Source: Octopus bimaculoides (lineage: Eukaryota). From it: DNA of 38,926 nucleotides. The notes below the pieces were generated by a model. It did not search any database and was not told the DNA's origin. It was given only the letters and a program-made list of their open reading frames with translations. Positions 32,557 to 38,926 of this stretch are shown one piece after another. The translations under genes were made by a program, and so were the position numbers. The stretch is taken from positions 41,452,354 through 41,491,279 of the forward strand of contig NC_068992.1 of NCBI RefSeq assembly GCF_001194135.2, given 5' to 3'. Numbering within the stretch: position 1 is the first letter of the stretch; each line of letters begins with the position of its first letter.

Positions 32557-33510
32557 NNNNNNNNNNNNNNNNNNNNNNNNNNNNNNNNNNNNNNNNNNNN
32601 NNNNNNNNNNNNNNNNNNNNNNNNNNNNNNNNNNNNNNNNNNNNNNNNNNNNNNNNNNNNNNNNNNNNNNNNNNNNNNNNNNNNNNNNNNNNNNNNNNNN
32701 NNNNNNNNNNNNNNNNNNNNNNNNNNNNNNNNNNNNNNNNNNNNNNNNNNNNNNNNNNNNNNNNNNNNNNNNNNNNNNNNNNNNNNNNNNNNNNNNNNNN
32801 NNNNNNNNNNNNNNNNNNNNNNNNNNNNNNNNNNNNNNNNNNNNNNNNNNNNNNNNNNNNNNNNNNNNNNNNNNNNNNNNNNNNNNNNNNNNNNNNNNNN
32901 NNNNNNNNNNNNNNNNNNNNNNNNNNNNNNNNNNNNNNNNNNNNNNNNNNNNNNNNNNNNNNNNNNNNNNNNNNNNNNNNNNNNNNNNNNNNNNNNNNNN
33001 NNNNNNNNNNNNNNNNNNNNNNNNNNNNNNNNNNNNNNNNNNNNNNNNNNNNNNNNNNNNNNNNNNNNNNNNNNNNNNNNNNNNNNNNNNNNNNNNNNNN
33101 NNNNNNNNNNNNNNNNNNNNNNNNNNNNNNNNNNNNNNNNNNNNNNNNNNNNNNNNNNNNNNNNNNNNNNNNNNNNNNNNNNNNNNNNNNNNNNNNNNNN
33201 NNNNNNNNNNNNNNNNNNNNNNNNNNNNNNNNNNNNNNNNNNNNNNNNNNNNNNNNNNNNNNNNNNNNNNNNNNNNNNNNNNNNNNNNNNNNNNNNNNNN
33301 NNNNNNNNNNNNNNNNNNNNNNNNNNNNNNNNNNNNNNNNNNNNNNNNNNNNNNNNNNNNNNNNNNNNNNNNNNNNNNNNNNNNNNNNNNNNNTTAAATA
33401 TATCTGAAAGAGGAGATAAAGAAAGAGGAAAAAGAAGGAAAGGAGAAGAGAGAAAGAAAGCAAAAAGACTTTTAGTGATGATCATATCTGATTTTCTTTT
33501 TTTTTTGAAG

Positions 33511-33544
33511 AGGTCACCATCCTTAAACCCATTCCAATACAATG
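33511..33544 (+). CDS. Candidate micro-exon (RSPSLNPFQYN or VTILKPIPIQ), product unknown
   Basis: Long poly-T acceptor TTTTCTTTTTTTTTTGAAG| and donor ATG|GTAAAT; two open frames. Confidence 0.2.
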
Positions 33545-33614
33545 GTAAATAACTAAATAATTAAATAAATAAATGAACGGTGAATAGGAAGGTGGATCCA
33601 CGTCTCTCTCTTTA

Positions 33615-33650
33615 CCTCTCTATCTATCAGTCTGACTATCTATCTATCCA

Positions 33651-33732
<82 letters not shown>

Positions 33733-33770
33733 AGCATATCTACCTACTTATATTTCTATCTATCCATCCC
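33615..33770. repeat. (TCTG)n/(TCTA)n tetranucleotide tract
   Basis: Direct reading. Confidence 0.9.
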
Positions 33771-34030
33771 CATTGTCATGGAACCTCACCCTTAAAACAT
33801 AAACAATGTTCTCTTCTTCTAAACAAAACCCCGCCAAACTAAATATAAATGAACAAGCCGTTTGTACATTCATAAAATTCTATTTGACAAGTTAGAGAAA
33901 CGAACGAAAACGCTTATAATAATAAAGAAATAAAAAGATATTTTTCCAAAATTCTGACGACTTTTTTCTCAATATTCAATTTCTGTGCATCCCACCTAGC
34001 ACACACCTAGCACACACACACACACACACA

Positions 34031-34093
<63 letters not shown>

Positions 34094-34289
34094 NNNNNNN
34101 NNNNNNNNNNNNNNNNNNNNNNNNNNNNNNNNNNNNNNNNNNNNNNNNNNNNNNNNNNNNNNNNNNNNNNNNNNNNNNNNNNNNNNNNNNNNNNNNNNNN
34201 NNNNNNNNNNNNNNNNNNNNNNNNNNNNNNNNNNNNNNNNNNNNNNNNNNNNNNNNNNNNNNNNNNNNNNNNNNNNTATATATAAGGTA

Positions 34290-34568
34290 AAGACCCTTCG
34301 GTCATTCATGACCATATGATTGCACTAAGTTACTCTCCGAGGCACAAGTCCGGACAGGGTTGTTTATGGATGACAAGCAGTCACCGATGCCTGTCTGTCC
34401 CCATTTATCCATGCCACAGATGTTATTCAAGAGAAGGCAAATGGGCCGATACAGCTTGGCACCAATGATGTCACAACTCATTTCTACAACTGAGTGAAGT
34501 GGAGCAACGTGAAATAAAGTCTGTTGCTTAAGAATACTACACATAACCCGGTCCGGGAATCGAACTCA
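34290..34568 (-). mobile_element. tRNA-derived SINE, group C variant, head truncated
   Basis: ACTCATTTCTACAACTGAGTGAAGTGGAGCAACGTGAAATAAAGTCTGTTGCTTAAGAA...GGGAATCGAACTCA. Confidence 0.75.
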
Positions 34569-35450
34569 TATATATATGTTACGTATATATAATATCCTAC
34601 CTTGATACTGAGTGGACTAAGATCCCCGTTGACAGGCTTCTGGTATTTATAGTGGTAAACACTTTCGCTATGCAAATTAGGGATTCCTTCATAGAGTAAC
34701 TGGTGCATTTGTTGAATATATAAACAGTTTGGCTGCCTCTTTCTCAGGAGATTGTAAAAATGATGTTGACGCCTTTGATGAGAACCCGATAACGTTCGAA
34801 AAACGGTTAAAGATGTTCATAAATTTTTTTCAGTCTACGGAGAAATAGTTAGATTTTTCCCTGTTTATAATTATGCCTTATCTTAGGTGTGTATGTATAT
34901 ATAATTTTTCCCGAGCATCAAACTAATATACTCATTTGTCGTTCATACACCTGTCTTCATCTTTTGTTTTTGCATATGACCGCAGCCACTTGGCTGAAAC
35001 ACATAAATAAATATATATATATATCGAAACACTGGCACATGGTGAACCCCAAAAACTATTAAACTGATAACAGTGAGTGAGTCACATTATTTTTTTCTGG
35101 CACTACGTGTTTAATTGCTAGTGTATATCTATTTGGTTCCATGCATTAAATCTGTTAATACTAACGTAAACTTTACATATTGTTATAGTATAATGTATAC
35201 ATTCTCAAATTCTCCTTGGAAAGCGCTCGATAGCGTAGATGTATGTATTAGCGTGTGTTATGAGCATTTCGTATATCCGACATAACAAGATAATATTTTA
35301 TTTTTAATAGAGAGTATGTATTTTCGTTGTCTCAGTATTCTGTCATATCGCAATAAATTAGTCGTTATGTATCACACCATTTGAAATACAGGATTAATGT
35401 CAATGTGATTGTTGCTTCCTCTTGTATTCCACATTATATACATACATACA

Positions 35451-35484
<34 letters not shown>

Positions 35485-35888
35485 NNNNNNNNNNNNNNNN
35501 NNNNNNNNNNNNNNNNNNNNNNNNNNNNNNNNNNNNNNNNNNNNNNNNNNNNNNNNNNNNNNNNNNNNNNNNNNNNNNNNNNNNNNNNNNNNNNNNNNNN
35601 NNNNNNNNNNNNNNNNNNNNNNNNNNNNNNNNNNNNNNNNNNNNNNNNNNNNNNNNNNNNNNNNNNNNNNNNNNNNNNNNNNNNNNNNNNNNNNNNNNNN
35701 NNNNNNNNNNNNNNNNNNNNNNNNNNNNNNNNNNNNNNNNNNNNNNNNNNNNNNNNNNNNNNNNNNNNNNNNNNNNNNNNNNNNNNNNNNNNNNNNNNNN
35801 NNNNNNNNNNNNNNNNNNNNNNNNNNNNNNNNNNNNNNNNNNNNNNNNNNNNNNNNNNNNNNNNNNNNNNNNNNNNNNNNNNNNNNNN

Positions 35889-35929
<41 letters not shown>

Positions 35930-36370
35930 GTCTATCCCTCCATTTATCTGCCTATCTCTCTATGTATCTATCTATCTATGTTGATAAGTGCACTGGTATT
36001 TTTTTTTGTGTGACCTTTTGCTATCAATCGCACACGATGATATATCGTCTCATATATTTCTTTTAAGTTATCTGATAATTTATCATGGTAAATCTCGATG
36101 GAATAAAGAAAAAGTCAAAGATATGAAAAGGCGAAAAATCAGATCACACTGATATCTTACTGATCTAAACATTCTACATGTTAACAAATGATTGAATTCT
36201 ACAAAGATAGTTTTCCAAAAAATGAAATATATTCTATTCATACTAATAAGTGAGTAGTTTTAATCTATGACTGACTCAAAGATACACATCTTTTGACATT
36301 GGCTATTATTAATCTATCTTAAATATTGTAGATGTAAGCACATGTGAAAACAACTATATTCTGTTTATAG

Positions 36371-36403
36371 CACACTCGGTTGCTGCCCGGGCTGGGATGA
36401 GGT
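36371..36403 (+). CDS. Candidate 33-nt exon encoding TLGCCPGWDE (CCPGW as in EMI/MEGF-type domains)
   Basis: Acceptor ATTCTGTTTATAG|, donor |GTAAGC, phase 2-2; a GC-rich island in AT-rich flank. Confidence 0.3.
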
Positions 36404-36844
36404 GTAAGCATTTAAATTACAATTTTTGTCTTATTTTATTTTAATGCTTTGAAGGAAATAAACTTTGTGTATCTCGAGCCTCCCTCATTTGGGTAGAAAA
36501 TAATCTACATGGCCCGGAGCGGTTTAAATGACGGAGGCTCGATTTAGGCGATGCTTATTTGTTTTCATTGCAGCTTGCATATTAGGGTAAATTACATCTA
36601 TCAACATTATGATGAATATCCGAGCCCTCAGAAACAATTATTGGATTTATAACACCTTACCTCGCCTCCTCTTAATTTTCTCTCTCATTTGTACCCTGTA
36701 TATGTTTGATATATTAATTTAAATAGCTATATATAGCTATATGATAATACTTAAATATTCGTTTTCAGTCTTCAGTCATTATACTTCAGTCATGGCTTTC
36801 TTTTTGTTTTCATGTATACATATATTTTGTTTATCAAAGCCAAG

Positions 36845-36930
36845 GTGGCTGTGAAGCAAGCTTCTTACTACCTTACCACACAGCAACGCCAGCGCCTATA
36901 AGCCACGCTTACAGCCACGTCCGTGCCTAT
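36845..36930 (-). mobile_element. Tandem truncated SINE group A heads
   Basis: CTTACCACACAGCAACGCCAGCGCCTATA and ACAGCCACGTCCGTGCCTAT are reverse-complement group A 5' ends. Confidence 0.55.
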
Positions 36931-36957
36931 GTATATATATATATATATATATATATA

Positions 36958-37285
36958 AGCGTAGGAGTGGCTGTGTGGTAAGTAGCTTCCTTACGAACCG
37001 TATGGTTCCGGTTTCAGTCCCACTGCGTGGCATGTTGGGCAAGTGTCTTCAACTATAGCCTCGGACTGACCAAAGACTTGTGAGTGGATTTGGTAGACGG
37101 AAACTGAAAGAAGTCCGTCGTATATATGTATATGTATATATATGTATGTGTGTGTGTATGTGTTTGTGTGTCTGTGATCGTCACCCCAACATCGCTTGAC
37201 AAACGATGGTGTTGTTTACGTCTCCGTAACCTAGCGGTTCGGCAAAAAGAAACCGATAGAATAAGTACTAGGCTTACAGAGAATA
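36958..37285 (+). mobile_element. SINE group A, least diverged copy; 3' end at 10-N gap
   Basis: GCGTAGGAGTGGCTGTGTGGTAAGTAGC...GGTTCCGGTTTCAGTCCC...GAGTGGATTTGGTAGACGGAAACTGAAAGAAGTCCGTCG...ATCGCTTGACAAACGATGG. Confidence 0.9.
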
Positions 37286-37347
37286 NNNNNNNNNNGAGGC
37301 GTGAGAAATGTAAAAGCCGTTTTGTGAAACAGAGCTAAGAGACACGC

Positions 37348-37378
<31 letters not shown>

Positions 37379-37379
<1 letters not shown>

Positions 37380-37523
37380 GACGGGTTTCTCTCAGTTTCC
37401 GTGTACCAAATCCACTCACAAGGCTTCGGTGTAGCAGACAGTTGTAGAAGTTGCCATGTAGTGTGACCGATGCCGGAACCATCGGTTGCGAAGCAAATAT
37501 CTTACCACACAGCCACGCCTACG
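37379..37523 (-). mobile_element. SINE group A-related 5' half
   Basis: CAGTTTCCGTGTACCAAATCCACTCACAAGGCTT...CTTACCACACAGCCACGCCTACG. Confidence 0.8.
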
Positions 37524-37534
37524 TTTATATATCA

Positions 37535-37963
37535 TTTTTTACTCTAGGCACAAAGCCCGAAATTTTTGGGAGAGGGGCCAGTCGATAAGATCGACCCCAG
37601 TACGCAACTGGTACTCAATTTATGGGCCCCGAAAGGATGAAAGACAATGTCGACCTCTGCCGAATTTGAACGCAGAACGTAAAGACAGACGAAATGCCGC
37701 TAAGCATTTCACCCGGCGTGCTAACGTTTCTTATTTCTTTATTGCCCACAAGGGGCTAAACATAGAAGGAACAAACAAGGACACACAAAGGGATTAAGTT
37801 GATTACATAGACCCCAGTGCGTAACTCGTACTTAATTTATCGACCTGAAAGGATGAAAGGCAAAGTCGACCTCGGTGGAATTTGCTCTAAGAACATAACA
37901 GCAGACGAAATACCGCTAAGCATTTCGCCCGGCGTGCTAACCATTTCTGCCAGCTCGCCGCCT
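37535..37963 (-). mobile_element. Head-to-tail dimer of SINE group B
   Basis: Full copy 37963-37731 (AGGCGGCGAGCTGGCAGAAATGGTTAGCACGCCGGGCG...) joined via AAAGAAATAA to a second copy 37730-37535 that lacks its first ~17 nt. Confidence 0.85.
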
Positions 37964-38343
37964 TCATGCGCTTATATATTAATTAATTAATTGTAATGAG
38001 ATACACCAACCTTTAAGTACCAAACCGCTTAAGTATTCAGCGTAATAAGCAGCCAACATCTTTCTTCACTCAACCATTATATATAATTGCGTTTGTTTGC
38101 AATATTAATAACTTATTATCGTTTCTCTCTCAACTCATTACTAAACATATTTTGTGTGAAGTATAACGGTTGCTTTTTGTGTTTTCCATTGAAAATGCTG
38201 TTAAACATTGATAAGTTTTAGTGATAACAAAAGCTACTCAACCGCCCACTGTTGTCATTTTACAGATATTGGAATGATATTAGAGTTTAAATACGTAAGG
38301 TTTTCAAATTTATATTTCAATGCGTTTATTTATTTTTAGAATA

Positions 38344-38344
<1 letters not shown>

Positions 38345-38381
<37 letters not shown>
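38345..38381 (+). repeat. Poly(A) tract, about 37 nt
   Basis: Direct reading; no upstream AATAAA or target-site duplication recognised. Confidence 0.9.
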
Positions 38382-38383
<2 letters not shown>

Positions 38384-38656
38384 GCTTTGTCAATCGTAAG
38401 AAAAGTCCAGTGTACAATGGGGTATTTAGCAGCACTGCTTTGTATAAACGATATGAAATGGCTGGCATATCTTGAAACAACACTAGACATCTATATCTTT
38501 TGGTTTATATAAACCATCCGCATATCCATAATGACTTACTAGTGTGCATATACATGTAAGTATGCAAACATATGTAAGTCTGTATATGTGTTTGTGTGTC
38601 TGTGTGCGAGTGTGCGTATGCATATTTATACATGCATGCATATATATATATATACG

Positions 38657-38830
38657 TTCGTGCTGCTGGTCGTGGTGAGAGGGATAACTCCCTTGGCAAA
38701 CAGGACACAGTCGTGTGTCGATAAGCCAGCTGGAGGAGATGTCCTCCTGGGGCTAAAAGCAACAGTAACATCCACCCCTAGGGGTCAGCCACACTTAAGT
38801 GGCAATATACTACACTTTATCGTGCAGTTA
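38657..38830 (+). mobile_element. Single-arm homolog of the 18 kb foldback repeat
   Basis: AGGACACAG-TCG-TGTGTCGATAAGCCAGCTGG...GGGGCTAAAAG...AGTAACATC...GCCAC...GTGGCAA aligns by eye to 18242-18380. Confidence 0.75.
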
Positions 38831-38926
38831 CTGTTAATACTTCATTTAGAGAATTAACATTGCTTGTTTTCACCTTTTCAATATCAGTGAAGAATGTCAC
38901 TGGAAAAGAAGATATAAGATTTTGCC

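Noticed and set aside
34772-34815. Hammerhead-like TTGATGA-GAAC-loop-GTTC-GAAA
   Set aside because: Stem II is good, but C3 is T, stem III is 2 bp and stem I does not pair; the region reads better as coding-like sequence.
36445-36482. Exon NKLCVSRASLIW continuing CCPGW
   Set aside because: The intervening intron would be only about 40 nt and the phases do not match.
4071-37963. tRNA genes
   Set aside because: A- and B-box-like heads continue into SINE bodies, and none folds into a full cloverleaf with a T-run terminator.
1232-37963. CRISPR-like repeat array
   Set aside because: The recurring sequences are dispersed SINE cores in both orientations, without regular repeat-spacer periodicity, in eukaryotic DNA.
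58-38857. Dozens of ORFs rich in HT/YI/CV/X runs
   Set aside because: They are translations of (CA)n, (TA)n, (CATA)n repeats or N-gaps, which lack stop codons.

Overview
AT-rich, microsatellite-saturated animal genomic DNA with 13 N-gaps (about 4.3 kb), nearly all flanked by simple repeats. The repeat content resembles a coleoid cephalopod (Octopus-type); this is inferred from recalled SINE families and was not checked by search. No complete protein-coding gene, tRNA, rRNA or CRISPR array is supportable, and most listed ORFs are microsatellite or N read-through. The window is mainly mobile DNA: about 25 fragments of three tRNA-derived SINE groups (my labels A, B, C), two inverted copies of a non-autonomous Helitron, a decayed DD37D/maT-like transposase, two mariner-derived MITE-like elements, RTE LINE 3' ends, two head-to-tail R4/Dong-clade LINEs in a (TAA)n tract, and Penelope-like terminal pieces with decayed minimal hammerhead cores. 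Best leads: (1) a 48-nt plus-strand candidate exon with strong splice sites encoding a trefoil/P-domain-like half (GCCFD...CF); (2) further phase-compatible candidate micro-exons at 33.5-36.7 kb; (3) a short hammerhead-bearing repeat family; (4) an unclassified repeat found both as a ~375-bp foldback and as a single arm, with a two-hairpin core showing compensatory substitutions. I do not see clear evidence of a new multi-gene system. Coordinates were counted by eye and may be off by a few bases.
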